This document shows, piece after piece, positions 1 through 11,892 of a stretch of 64,000 bases of DNA (positions within the stretch are counted from its first letter, which is position 1; every line of letters starts with the position of its first letter). Position numbers and translations under genes: made by a program. The notes under the pieces were generated by a model. The model was not told the DNA's origin, ran no database searches, and saw only the letters and a program-made list of their open reading frames with translations. The DNA comes from Phallusia mammillata (taxonomy: Eukaryota), in the NCBI GenBank assembly GCA_965637545.1, contig OZ281500.1, positions 310,001 to 374,000 of the forward strand, in the 5' to 3' direction.

Positions 1-491
1 TTTCGAAGCATTGTAACTCATATTTTACTCTCCAGTCACCCAGAAGGTCTGCAAGTTTTTCAACACTTTTATTGATGGTTTAAGCAATATATAAATGGCT
101 CCAAAAAAAACTAAAGGGCGGCTGGAGGGTTTTTCATGTAGAATCCCGGTTTTTAAATCTGTTCTCGACCTCTGGTTTTGTAATGCAAAACTTTCAAAAC
201 AATTTAACATTTGCCCAAAAATTATAAAAACTAAGTTATATGCTATGCGAGTGCAAACGTTTTATTTAACAAATAATGCGAATGGTAATTTAGACCAAAA
301 GCAAACAAAAGTTTGTTTAGAATAATTCTCTTTGCGATGTTTGATCAGTCGCAGGAATTTCTTGATTAGTTGGGAAACAAAACATTCTGAAGAGCTGCTT
401 TGTGTTATAGTTTTCGAATACAAAAGAACACTTCTGTGTAGGTGGTCTGTAAATTTGATGAACCCATAAACACAAGGTGATATAGTTACAA

Positions 492-578
492 GCGTCGGGC
501 TTAAATTTCCGCTGTCCTTTGCGTCGGGCTTAAATTTCCGCTGTCATTTGCGCCGGGCTTAAATTTCCGCTGTTATTT
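492..578. repeat. Tandem repeat, 3 x 29 bp (gcgtcgggcttaaatttccgctgtc(c/a)ttt)
   Basis: Units at 492-520, 521-549 and 550-578, each within 1-3 substitutions of the first unit. Confidence 0.9.
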
Positions 579-1377
579 GATCATCAAAATCGCTTACCGA
601 GATACCACAACAAGTTTTACATTGTTTTTTTCTCAATTTTTTTGTTAAATACAAAACTAAATTAAACTTTTTGTCATAACTCAAAAATATGGGTATTTGA
701 CCATTTTATTGTTGCATATATATTTTACAAACAAACACTGGACGTTTTTATCTTGAAAGCAAAGTTGACTGGCGAAACCAAATTTTATTATGATCTGCAT
801 TAAAAAAATCACTTGTATTAAGATCTAACATTTTCTTACTTTAATTCTGGATTTGCTGTTTAAATAAGTCTCAATACCTCCAACTAAGTAATGTTTGCAA
901 AAAAGGCGTTTGCTAGAAAAAATATAAGTGTCAATCAAAACAACGGTAATAATTTGTTGATTTTTCTAGACAGCTGTTTACTGGTAAAACCCTGCAAGTT
1001 TTTGTCAAATCCTTCTTTTTGTTACGTTTCTTCCAGAACAAACTCGCACCTACATCTGTCTGAAAGCAAGTCCGTTGTGACAAACAGCTTTGGTTCCTCC
1101 TATATTTGTTCGTTTCCATAGTTGCTAAGCGACAGCGGCGTTGTACCCTGAAGAGTCACTACAACTTGGGAACATAGAAACTCAGCATAAAAGTAAGATC
1201 GAAGCAAAAATCATTTGATTTCGTTTTTAGACTAAATTATTATCTAATTTTTTTGTTTACTTTGTAACGTTTTCACTTAAACCTCGTTTCCGTTTCTGTC
1301 TGTTGTTGCAAATACGGAAGTGAGATGGACGAAAAAGGAGAGAAAGCTTGCTTTGTTGTCGTTGCTATAGTATAGAC

Positions 1378-1786
1378 CAAGAGTGGGTAACCTACCTCCC
1401 GTAGGCAAATTTTGACCTGCCCGAAACCGCACTCAAGGTTCAAATTTTTTTATCAGGTGGTATAAACTATTAACTTTAACGTTCAAATACAAAATTATTG
1501 TTTGTACGTGTGCTTTCCCTAAAACTGTGTCACAGAGTTTTTGTAACTTAGTTTACTGTGTGAGTGGGTATGATTGTTAGCATCCTAAGCAAACCTGTTC
1601 GAGGTTAAAGTTTGAGCTAGCAAGTAATGTATAATGCACTTAATATTATACATATTCACATCGAACAAATACGAGTTAAAGTTGAGTTTGTCTCCACTCT
1701 TATGTTGTTGCATGACCTTGATTTTTGTCCGTCTTCCCAATATTAATAATTTTTGGTCGGCGCATGCAAAAGGTTGCCCACCTTTG
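1378..1786. mobile_element. hAT-type non-autonomous element (MITE), ~409 bp
   Basis: Left end CAAGAGTGGGTAACCT; right end reverse-complements to CAAAGGTGGGCAACCT. Flanks gtatagac / ccatagac form a 6/8 match 8-bp TSD, the hAT-typical length. Confidence 0.65.
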
Positions 1787-2249
1787 CCATAGACGGATGG
1801 GTTTTTTAAACTCTTTTAAGCGGAGCAGGTTCTAGAATTTACTCAAAATACCGAAGGATCGTGTCATATAATATTGTTTGCCAATTTTGGGTGCGTCTAC
1901 CTGTGGGCGCAGGTCATGCAAGGACCACTGCGTCACAACTTACAGTTTTGGCTTGTATTTTTTAACAACAACAACAACAACAGCGACAACAAATTTTATT
2001 ATAATTTGTTGGACATTTTTCTAGACTTTGGATGGTTTCAAAGTAAGATACTGGTCTGCGTTCCTGTGCCAGGTCGATCGCCAGAAACGATAAGTTTAAA
2101 ATCTTTTTAAAAGATTATGTTTTTGAAACAACATGCAATCTTTACTATGTTTGCTTGCATCTCCTAGGCCTTATGGTTTGGTGCAAACGCAACGTTTCTT
2201 AGCACATTTACGTAGCTGTTTGCAACACCTGCCGGTTACGGTTGGCTGC

Positions 2250-3515
2250 TCATGATTTGCACGCAACCCAGATGAATAGTTTTTTCTTCCAAGTCGCGAA
2301 GGAAGCTGAAACGCTGACGACATTCACCAACAAGTTTGCACCAGTGAGGAGTTGCCCGATCATCCCGCTGCTGTTTTGACCCGAAAACGCCACCAAACTC
2401 ACGACGAGCGCCATGTCTGAAGCCACACAGACACCGGTTGATATCGCCAGGCGCTTCATCAGCTGACGAAACTTGCTCGTTCTGTTCAGTTTGTTGCCCA
2501 CATTGCGGACTTGCTTCTTCAACGGGTAAATCACAAGTCCAAGCAGCATCGCCTGTGAACAGCAGCAGCTTGTTGTACGGCCGATAATACCAGGGTTGAT
2601 TACAACTGCTGCGCATTTAACTTAAGTACTTAAGTGGGGTGGTTAAACGTATGACTCAAAGCTAATGTACAGCACAACATCACGATATAAACTTAACATT
2701 GTCCGCATACAATTTTAAATGATATCAAATAAGTAAGGGACATTTTTTACCTGCTGGGCGACCGCCAGAATTGGAAGAATAACGACTCGAATCCAACGAG
2801 GAACATTTGTAGTTACTCTGAAGCATCCGTTAGAAGTACTTGCACCTGTAGCGGATACGTTAAGAATGACGATGCTTGAAACCACAGAAAGCACGTTGAC
2901 AAAGATCATAGCTGAGCTGACAAACTTCGAACATTTGGTGGTGAGATGACCGATAGCTGGAGTGTTGTAAAGTCGACGCTGACGATCCCATAATATCGTG
3001 TAGATTGAACCGATTGCCATCGCGTACAGTGTTGTGGACAGCGCGTATGCAACGCGACAAGAAACGTCTGAAAACCATCCCACGTGTAGTTCTGTAACCA
3101 GCAGACAATAGAAGGAGAATGTGAAGAGCGATGCAACGACAAGGAGGCGGTTGCCCAACATGTTGCTTCGCTTCAACCGTTTCTTCCCCTTAGCTTCGCC
3201 TCCAGTTCCGGGGTTGGTGCTCGATCCTTCAGAGGTTCGCGTGGATCGAAGCCGAAGACTCACAGTCGCCATTTGTTTCATGGCAACATCTTCTGAACGA
3301 ACGCGATTCTTATCCTTGTTCTGTTGCACCTCGAAGTTTATGAGAGCAACACACAAATAAGCGGAGAGCAGCCATAAGAAGGCGGCGGCCGTTTGGAAAG
3401 CCACCCAACGTCCACTTTTGTAGTAGCTGCCTTCAACTTCTGTTTCGTTTGTATTCGGCCAGGATATATTGCCAGACGTCATGTTGTCGAACCCAGCAGC
3501 TACTGTGCTTTCCAT
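2250..3515 (-). CDS. Orphan 7TM GPCR-like protein, paralog 1 (~355 aa), 2 exons: 3515-2751, 2552-2250
   Basis: First ATG at 3515 (the ORF track starts at GTG 3521). Donor CAG|gtaaaa at 2750, acceptor ttcacag|GCG at 2552, both phase 0; stop TGA at 2250. Seven hydrophobic segments, N-terminal N-glycosylation sequons (NMT, NIS, NET), Cys at the top of TM3 and in ECL2 (NGCFR), DRY-like WDRQ after TM3. Confidence 0.85.
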
Positions 3516-4744
3516 TTCCACGACTCTGGCTTAAGAAGACGAAATTTTCAACAAGCTGTTTTCGTTTCTGTTGTTACAAATCAGTTTTGACAAATTGAAA
3601 TTAATTCATTTTTTCGTAATCCTGTTTATGATGATTACCAACTGGAGCTACTCCTGAGCCTGAAAGGTTTTCTGCCAATCAACAGTCGACACGTCAGGTC
3701 AATCTAATCATACAAAATGAAACCTGATTTGTTTTTAAACGTTGTCGACATTGTCCTGTGATAAACAAAATACGTCAACCTATCCACCATTCCCAATTTA
3801 TTTCACTCAACAACCCATAAACACAACTCTATATAAATAACCCTGTCTTGTTTCTTCAAACTCATAACTGTTCAAAGTTATTTGCTTCTTAAACTACATG
3901 GGCATATTATGTTAGCTCCCAGAAAGGGGACAACTGACTAATGTAAAGCGATTTACTGCACATCTGTAAGTCACAACAAGTCACCAATACCTTGAACCTG
4001 TGTTGGGGAATAACACAAGGATATAACATGAATAATGAACCTTCTCTCATCGGCACTCCCCAAGTGACGGTGCGAACGACAAACACAATTACTGATAATT
4101 GCGGACAAGCAGAGAGAAATCTGTCTGTAATTTGACGTTGCTGCGCTGACATTTTCAACCGCTAATCGTCAGCTCAAACCGCGACATAATTAAAGGTTGT
4201 ATCTGTTATAGCGGGAATTGCGGGGTTTGCTGATCCGGAACAAGACCGTTTTGCTGCTGACGTCATTTCTCGTGGGATCAAGTTGATTTTCAAGTTTGTA
4301 GACGTTTTGCTTTCGCCATAATTCTCCTGGGTTTTATATGTTACGGGTTTGTTCCTAACATATCAACTTGTTTGTTGAATGGAATCAACCGCAACATTAA
4401 ACCTGATCTGCGTCGAAATGTCACTGACATTAGGTTGGGTTGTCCCCGCTACAAACGTTTCCTTTCAACCACCTTCAGCTTGTTTCATCTGACAACATTT
4501 GACAACAGCGCTTAACATTACAACAACATTGTCTTCCTCAGTTGGCAACTGAAGTGATATGTGTAAAAGCTTATTCATTAATGTCTCGGACCCTAAGCGT
4601 TTCCGCTAATGCATGATTGGACCGAGTTGTTGATGAATAGTTGACCAGCCCGCCCTTTGTAAAAGCTGGCATGAACAGCAGGGGCTCGTGTGTGTGTCGT
4701 TTACTTATCGGCATAAATCTTGTGTGGAACAAGTTTCATAGGCT

Positions 4745-4774
4745 GTGGGTTCGAATCCCACCACAGGCTGGATA
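4745..4774 (+). mobile_element. tRNA-derived SINE-like fragment (B-box core)
   Basis: gggttcgaatcccaccacaggc matches a Pol III B-box; the same extended motif recurs at ~18551 (+) and ~48117 (-). No full cloverleaf is visible. Confidence 0.45.
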
Positions 4775-5268
4775 TATGCTTGTCGACTTGATTCCTCCTG
4801 CTAACGCAGAGTGATTTACTTTCCAGCGTTGCGTTGTGATAATTATCCACACGATAAAAGCGTTATCACATCTATGCCTTCTTGTTACAACCGCAACTTT
4901 GCAAGAGATCACCGAAGGACCTGCGTACATGTATTTCAGCAAATTCTACTTGTTTTATGATAAAAACGAGCTTCCTCTCTTGATATTTTAATCCACATTC
5001 TTTGCTGACCGAATATTGCTTTTCGAACATTTACTTCACAGTTGGTGAATGAAACCGAACACTGCGATAAAAACACAAGATTCACTGAAGCAAATAAAAC
5101 GTAATGACGTGAAGCAATGCGTCATATATTACGTCAGCATTTTTGCATCAAAGCAGAAAAATGTTTCAAACAAAATGTGAAGGGCAATGTACGGTGGGTT
5201 TGTGAGCTTGGCATCAATTGATCTTAGGTTGTCGTTGAAAACATTTCAATAAAAACAGTGCTTATACA

Positions 5269-5450
5269 CAATGATGGGATTCAAATTTTTGGTCAGCCGG
5301 TTCTGACACAAAAGTCACTTTTTTAAGCCGGTTCTGTTACAAAAAAAATCCATTGACAGTAATCAGTAATGTTAACCGGTTTGCTGATCTCATAAAATTT
5401 CGTTAGACGGTTCTATAGAAACAGTGCGAACCGGCTGAACCCCGCCACTG
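5269..5450. mobile_element. hAT MITE family CAGTGGTGGGATT, copy 1
   Basis: Aligns end to end with copies at 15283, 18940 and 56490; degenerate TIRs; TSD cttataca / cttatcca (7/8). Confidence 0.85.
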
Positions 5451-5547
5451 CTTATCCAGTAATCGTGCTGAACTAACGTGCGCTAATCACAGTCGATTCC
5501 AGTTGCGGATGATATACATACTAGACAGAAGTTTTCAGTACGCTTAA

Positions 5548-5633
5548 ACCACAACACTCGACAACTACATCAAACCTCGAAAGCCACATACCAAAACCTT
5601 TTCGAGGTTTATTTAGTCGTCGAGTGTTGTGGT
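5548..5633. repeat. Foldback / inverted repeat, ~86 bp
   Basis: accacaacactcgac...aaacctcgaaag versus cttttcgaggttt...gtcgagtgttgtggt: 15-bp perfect outer arms plus inner arms. Confidence 0.75.
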
Positions 5634-5817
5634 CGTTGTGTTTTCCTGTTATTATTATATATCCTAATTACTCCTGACGATTTCTTGTTTTGAACTGAGG
5701 ATGCAATTATATCGGCGAAATCGATTTTTAAACATTACATAGCATAAAGAAAAACAGGGACTTATTTAAGTGTGCTGGAAGCTTACAGTTAATATATGGA
5801 AACAGTTTTGTAACAAT

Positions 5818-7229
5818 TTATTTTTTGCACGCAACCCAGATGAATAGTTTCTTCTTCCAAGTTGCGAAGGAAGCTGAAACGCTGACGAGATTCACCAACA
5901 AGTTTGCACCAGTGAGGAGTTGCCCGATCATTCCGCTGCTGTTTTGACCCGAAAACGCCACCAAACTCACGACGAGCGCCATGTCTGAAGCCACACAGAC
6001 ACCGGTTGATATCGCCAGGCGCTTCATCAGCTGACGAAACTTGCTCGTTCTGTTCAGTTTGTTGCCCACGTTGCGAACTTGCCTCTTCAACGGGTAAATC
6101 ACAAGTCCGAGCAGAATTGCCTGTAAAAGTCGCAAAAGGTTGTTTTAGAATTTATCACTTGATCTTATGTGAACCACTGTTACCTAAAGTGTCCAACTAA
6201 CGTGACAAAACTCTAGTCTAAGGTCAAGGAGCCAGGCTAAGTAAGTGGTTGCCCACCTGAAAAATACATCGTTTGGAAAGCTCTGATTAAACTACTTAGC
6301 CAAATTTTATAATGGTGTGTGGATAAATATCTAATCTTTAACGTTTGTTGCACGATTTGGGAAGCCCGACAAAATTTTCCAGACCCTACATCAGCGATTC
6401 TCAAACTGTGGAAACTTTAGTTCTTTGATGAGCCGCATCTTAAAAAAGTTTGAGAACCACTGCCCTAAATGAGGACACTTACCTCTTGAGCAACTGCGAG
6501 AATTGGAAGAAAAATAACACGAAAAAATCGCCAGAAATTCGAATTTACTCTGAAGCATCCGTTAGGAGTACTTGCACCTGTAGCGGATACGTTAAGAATG
6601 ACGATGCTTGCGGAGGATGAAATTACAGTAACGACGATCATAGCTGAGCTGGCAACCTTCAAACATTTTGTGGTGAGATGACCGATAGCTGGAGTGTTGT
6701 AAAGTCGGCGTTGGCGATCCCATAATATCGTGTGGATTGAAGCTATCGCAGTGGCGTATAACACAGTGGTTGCGGTATACGTCACACGACATAGAGTATT
6801 AGAGAACCAGCCCGCGTGTAACTCCACAAATGGAATGAAGGTGTAGATGAAAGTTAGCGTCGCAGCAACCAACAGAAAACATTTGCTAACTGCGCTGACT
6901 TTGCGCGTTTTTTGCTTAATTGTCCTGGTCTGTGTAGTTTCGCTCACTATTCCGCTTCCAGTGTAGCTTGACGCGCCGTTTGGCCGGGCGAGGCTGGGGC
7001 TCAGACTAATTGCTGGTAGGACTTTCTGCATCCGGAGTCGGTTCGTGTCGGGAGCAAGAAGTTGGGATTTACTTTCTCCTCGCACTTGGGCCGTTATTAG
7101 AGAGACCAATAGGTAAGTGGCGCAGAGCCAGAGAAATGCTGCAATTGTCTGAAAAGCAATCCACCGCCCACTCAAGAACCAAGTGCTATTCACCTCCGTG
7201 TCGTTTAACCAGGAACTGTTGTTAAACAT
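5818..7229 (-). CDS. Orphan 7TM GPCR-like protein, paralog 2 (~349 aa), 2 exons: 7229-6483, 6120-5818
   Basis: ATG at 7229; donor GAG|gtaagt at 6482; acceptor ttttacag|GCA at 6120; stop TAA at 5818. Same intron position and phase as paralog 1; exon 2 is ~96% identical to that of paralog 1. Confidence 0.85.
6392..6462. mobile_element. Minimal hAT MITE (71 bp) in the intron of 7TM paralog 2
   Basis: TIRs cagcgattctcaaac / gtttgagaaccactg; TSD ccctacat / ccctaaat (7/8). Confidence 0.75.
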
Positions 7230-8115
7230 CTTGCCTCGCCAAATTACATCACATATACGTCTTCAAGAATCAACTCCAACTTCTATGTAAAGCGTACAAG
7301 AATTGCAACAGTTATTTAAGTAGATTATAAATCTTGTTCAATAAGTTGCAAAGCCTATCTGCCACAAGTTATGCAACTCCAACGCCTGTGTAAAATAGAA
7401 AGACGATTCAGTCTTGTCTTTTAGATAACTAAAACAGTTTCGAAACATTTGCGCAACAAAACGCTTCTGACCCAATACACAGAAATTGTGTAATGAACGG
7501 CCGCTTTCCGCACAGCTGTTCACTTCTGCTGGTGCTTGAGGGGCGACAGTAACACGATTGACGCGCTCAACATAAATAATGAACTTACTATGTGCAACAG
7601 GTGACGCCCAACCCCGCCCAGTAAAAATTTTCACCCGAGCACTGATGGCGGCTCATCTGCAATTGAACACAGCGAAGGTCGCTATGTCTGCTCTCCACGC
7701 TCACAAAACCTCTTGTGGGCAACACGCGCCCAACACAAACACATAATTCCAAAAAAACGACCAAAACGACAGGGTCGGGTATGGTCGGGTCGAATCGCTT
7801 GTGTTGGAACCACGTAGACGAATATATATTGGCGGTTGCATTTTAAAACTAATGACCCGTTTATTGCACGATAATTTGCGACGGATTGTGACTGTAATGT
7901 AATTGAACTTTACTTAAAGTCGAAGCAAATCGCATTGAAGCTCGGAAAATGAATTGTTAAAGACAACCGACTATAGATTTGATATCAAAAAATCTAAAAC
8001 ATTGCGTCATTACAAATGTTTAGCAATAAATAACGCTGATGCGAATGTTCACAAAATGCCCAGTAGCAAAATTTAATCTGAGCAAAAAAATCAGAGCCAA
8101 TATATTTGTGTAGAG

Positions 8116-8159
8116 CATAACTACGTTTCGACAAGTACTATTGTCATCGTCAGGTTATA
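8116..8159 (-). ncRNA. Minimal type I hammerhead ribozyme motif (Penelope-type)
   Basis: Minus strand reads UAUAAC CUGACGA U GACAA-uaguac-UUGUC GAAAC GUA GUUAUG: full core, 5-bp stem II, 5-6-bp stem I, loopless ACGU stem III. Confidence 0.7.
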
Positions 8160-8248
8160 AGTAGCAAAACTTCAGTTGTGGAGAACGCCAACTTTCAACT
8201 GTTTGTGGCATACGTGACACACTTTCGAAAATCATTTCCCAAGTACTT

Positions 8249-8346
8249 TTTTCAACGGGGTTCGAACCCGGGAACCTCCCGAGCACGAATTCCGATCAAG
8301 GTTTTTTGTATCTGTATATGGGTCAGGCGCGCCGGACAATTCGGCC
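8249..8346 (+). repeat. Dispersed repeat, second copy inverted at ~17986-18075
   Basis: Shared cggggttcga...ttttt(g/a)t(a/g)tctgtatatggg(t/c)caggcgcgcc...attcggcc between the two loci; probably a MITE fragment. Confidence 0.55.
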
Positions 8347-8738
8347 AAGTAAGTAAATTTATTAGCATAAAAAATACAAAAAGAAAGGTGAACGAGCGGT
8401 AGAAGAAATCGCACTTAGGTAGGTAGCGAACGAATCATTAAAGACCTGCCCATTTTGCTTTATACATCGAAAGTTTCTTCTTATTTAAAGCCGCAATGTA
8501 TTCAGAATTCTTTACTGATTTCACTGTGTGGTACGGCCAAGTAAGTGAGCGACACTGCACCAAAGTACTAATATTTGTCGCCAACTAGCGGATATAATTT
8601 ATTTTTGTTTTTTTCTACTAGTGGGGGTTAAAGAGACTGTCACAGAAACTCAACAATTTGGCACAGGCATTGTCAGAAATTTAGGAAACCTGTTTTCGAA
8701 AATGGTGAAATCCTGAAAAAATCTCACAGCTCATACAA

Positions 8739-8815
8739 CCGATCTTTCGTCACCAGCTGCACTGATGAGACCTTATGGGTCGAAACATGTACTTATATAG
8801 CCATGCCTACAGCTT
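8739..8815 (+). ncRNA. Degenerate hammerhead ribozyme copy (same family as 47324)
   Basis: agctgca CTGATGA GACC ttatg GGTC GAAAC is intact, but there is an insertion in stem III and the cleavage triplet reads GCC rather than GTC. Upstream ccgatct..gtcac.agc is shared with the 47308 locus. Confidence 0.6.
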
Positions 8816-9433
8816 ATCATGTATTGGATTGATGCTTCTATATTTGTCTTTTCTTCCTGGAAAAATATTTTTGCTGTTCTGTATTATGTTCCAGCAAATG
8901 TGCTGGGCGGAACTTGCACTAATAACAAGTGTTTCATTAATTGTTGCACATTGCTGTCGGTTACCATCATTTGCTCTAGAATTTGTTGTATCATGTATCA
9001 AGTACTGCAGAAAATGACTTAAAATACAATACAAACAAACACCGTAAAATACCAGTGGTACTTTAACTTTATTATGCGGGCGATTGCATTATGCTCGCTG
9101 TCGAGTGCTTCTGTATTAACATTAGGTCAATTCACGAACGCAAACAATATCACGCATGTCGTACACAAAATGTTGGATGTGCAAAAATCACTAATGTCAG
9201 CTTGGTAGTGTGACTTCACAATGATATTTGTCTCTCGCATCAAACCACAGTGATGTCAAAAAGTGTGTTCGCCCGGTGCTGCTTGGTACCGTCGGATCGC
9301 TTGGTTCGAGGCACGGGAAAATGAAATAGAAATCACGTTCAGTCACTTTTTAGGAAGCCCGTTTGCGGACACACTAAATCTAGGTCCCAAAAAGCTATTC
9401 TTCAACCCAAAGCAACTTTTCAAACACATTACG

Positions 9434-11892
9434 TCATACATGCAGGCCGCAGTCGGCTCCGTAACAGCGAGTTGACGAGTAGTTGGAAAAAATTCGGGTG
9501 CGATCTGAAAATGTCCGCACGGTGTATGTGCTCCTGCTGTCTCGGAAAATGTTGTTGGTAGCATTGTTGTTATTGTTGAGGGAGGCTGACGGATGCTCGC
9601 CCTCCGAAACACGCTGCTGGTCCTTCTGGATCGGAGCTACCGAACGATCGCAGTCGGGACAGAGAGTGAGTAGAACTGGGATTATTACAACAATCACAAT
9701 CCCGATGATCGTGACCTCGTTGTCGTTCAGTCCGTCGTCTCCCCCTACACCCACGTGATCGTGTGAACTGCAATTCATCGTCAGGTTGTGATACCACTGC
9801 CTTGTTGCGTCACAAGCTTCCCGCCGACGCAACGGGAGTTCCCCATCCTGGCGGGAATCGTTGCAGCAGGAGCGAACCAGGGACGGAACAGCTTTGGAAA
9901 GCAACCCTAGGTTTACGCCTGCGAGTTCGGGTGGGGATGCGCATGGCATACTGATGTCCCAGACCGAGTAGTAACCTCCCAATCTCTGCAGCGCCACTAG
10001 TGTCCCGTCCTTCACAGTGCAGTTGAGAGTTTGCAGCACGTTTTTTGAGGTCAGCGAGATGGCCGTGTGCATAAAGTCGAATGTTTCCGATGATTCCTGG
10101 CATCCACAATCCCATGGATTCCCCGAAGCCCACAGAATCCGCGTGAAAATATGACGTTGCTCTCGAGAATAATTCCCACTTTTCACCTCGTCTTGTGACG
10201 TCACTGATGTCGTATTACCCGGGGTAGTGACGTCACGCGGGGGAGTCTTGGTGGTGTGTGACGTCATCTTACATACGTCACGCGTACTTGTGACGAGCCA
10301 ACCCTTGCGTGGATGAAGGAGTCGGTTTTTGCGGAGGTCGATTGCGATGCTGCGTCTTCCCTGGATCGACTGGAACGCATCGTTGTGGATTTCCTCGAGT
10401 GAATTGCTCGAAAGGTCGAGAAAAGTGAGGGATTTCAAACCTCCCAATGTCCGTCGGCGGATCACCTCGAGCTCGTTGTGTTGCAGGGATAAGAAGGAAA
10501 GCTGCGACAAATCGGCGAACACGCAACTTGGCAAGGATTGCAAGCGGTTGTGTGAAATGTACAGCTCATCGAGTTGTTGAAGGCCTGCAAAACAAAGCAA
10601 CCAATTTTACAATAGCTTTGTCAAGGATGTACAATAAAACGTACTCATTTTGGTTTAATTTAGCTACTATTTAAGTCCGTGTCTTTTGTACCCAATTTTA
10701 CAATGTTTCTGAACCACCCTTTTCTCCGTATTTAACCTAGCATATCAATCGGTGTTAGGACATTCTGTGTTGATTGCCCGAATCCCTTTATGGGAAAAAG
10801 CTGTAAGTAAGAATCGTAATTTTTTCTTGTTGTATTTGGCCTAAACCATGTCACGGTTAATTAAGGTCTGCGGGATAATTCGGCTCAGATTATTATGTTT
10901 AATGGATTCCCTGTGGACCAAATCCCATGAGAGAGACCAAATCTTTCCTTCACCACAACCTTTATCTCAACATTCGTGCAGTAAATGTCAATAACTAGCT
11001 CAAGGCATAAAATAGCTTTAAATGAACCATTACGCAATACAGCTTAGTTTGAATTCGACCGCTTCTTTGCTAAAACCTAGGTTGCTTTGAAGTGATAAAT
11101 TACTATCACAAAAACGAGTTTTGTTTCGCTGTGAATAGATATTACATTTCCCACATTATCCTAATATAAATTAGATAAACATAAATATCTATGTATAGCA
11201 CCTTAAATTGTCATAAGCAGTGTCTGATTCGAATATATGGATAATTTAGTTGCATTAAAGAATATGCCGCACAACATTCACATACCTACAAACGCCTTCT
11301 TCGATACGTATGTGATGAAGTTGTGTTCGAGATGTAGGATATTGAGTGTTTTACGTAAAGCGATGAATGCGTGCGAGTTGATGGCAGCAATCCCTTGTCT
11401 CCACAACCTCAGGTCACTCACACTAACCGGGACTTTCCACTGCTGCGCTGCGTCGCTGATGGTTGTGAGGTCATAATGCCATGACGTCAGATCGGTGACG
11501 TTGGACGCGTCATCGGGCTCCGGGATCAAAGGTCGGCACTCGTACATCACGTGGCCCGGTGTAGAGGTCAACACGCATTTGTTCGCGGTTCCTCCAAGGT
11601 CAACCCGGGTTGAAAGGTCACGGGAAGACACCGTTCGCTTTACACGCCGACCCGATCTGCTCCGGTACCACGCTCCAGTGAACACATCTCGATCGTGGAA
11701 GCTCGTATCCATGGCAATTTTACGTCCAATCGACGTCACCGCTAGTCCGTCACGTGATACTACGTCATCGATAGCAAAAGCGCAACTGAATATCGCACCA
11801 ATAAGTGTGAGGATGTTGAGGAGAGTGTCCGGTCTGTTGTGTTGCAATGCGAACATTTCAAGCTGGTTCAAATCAGATTCATCCGCGAACAT
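9434..11892 (-). CDS. LRR type-I transmembrane protein without TIR (~575-586 aa), 2 exons: 11892-11286, 10584-9434
   Basis: Donor GTAG|gtatgt at 11285 and acceptor ttttgcag|GC at 10584, both phase 1. Hydrophobic signal (LLNILTLIGAIFSCAFA), RRVKR site, about 6-7 LxxLxLxxNxL repeats, LRRCT (NPWDCGC...CASPPELAG), TM VTIIGIVIVVIIPVLLTLC, ~75-aa tail. ATG 11892 or 11856. Confidence 0.85.

Noticed and set aside
25-2110. Short ORFs at the left end of the window
   Set aside because: No coherent splice chain or recognisable domains; part of the region is a MITE and a tandem repeat.
9434-11892. Toll-like receptor or VLR call for the LRR gene
   Set aside because: The tail is only ~75 aa with no TIR boxes; it has a true TM plus tail rather than a GPI end, and no flanking LRR cassettes.
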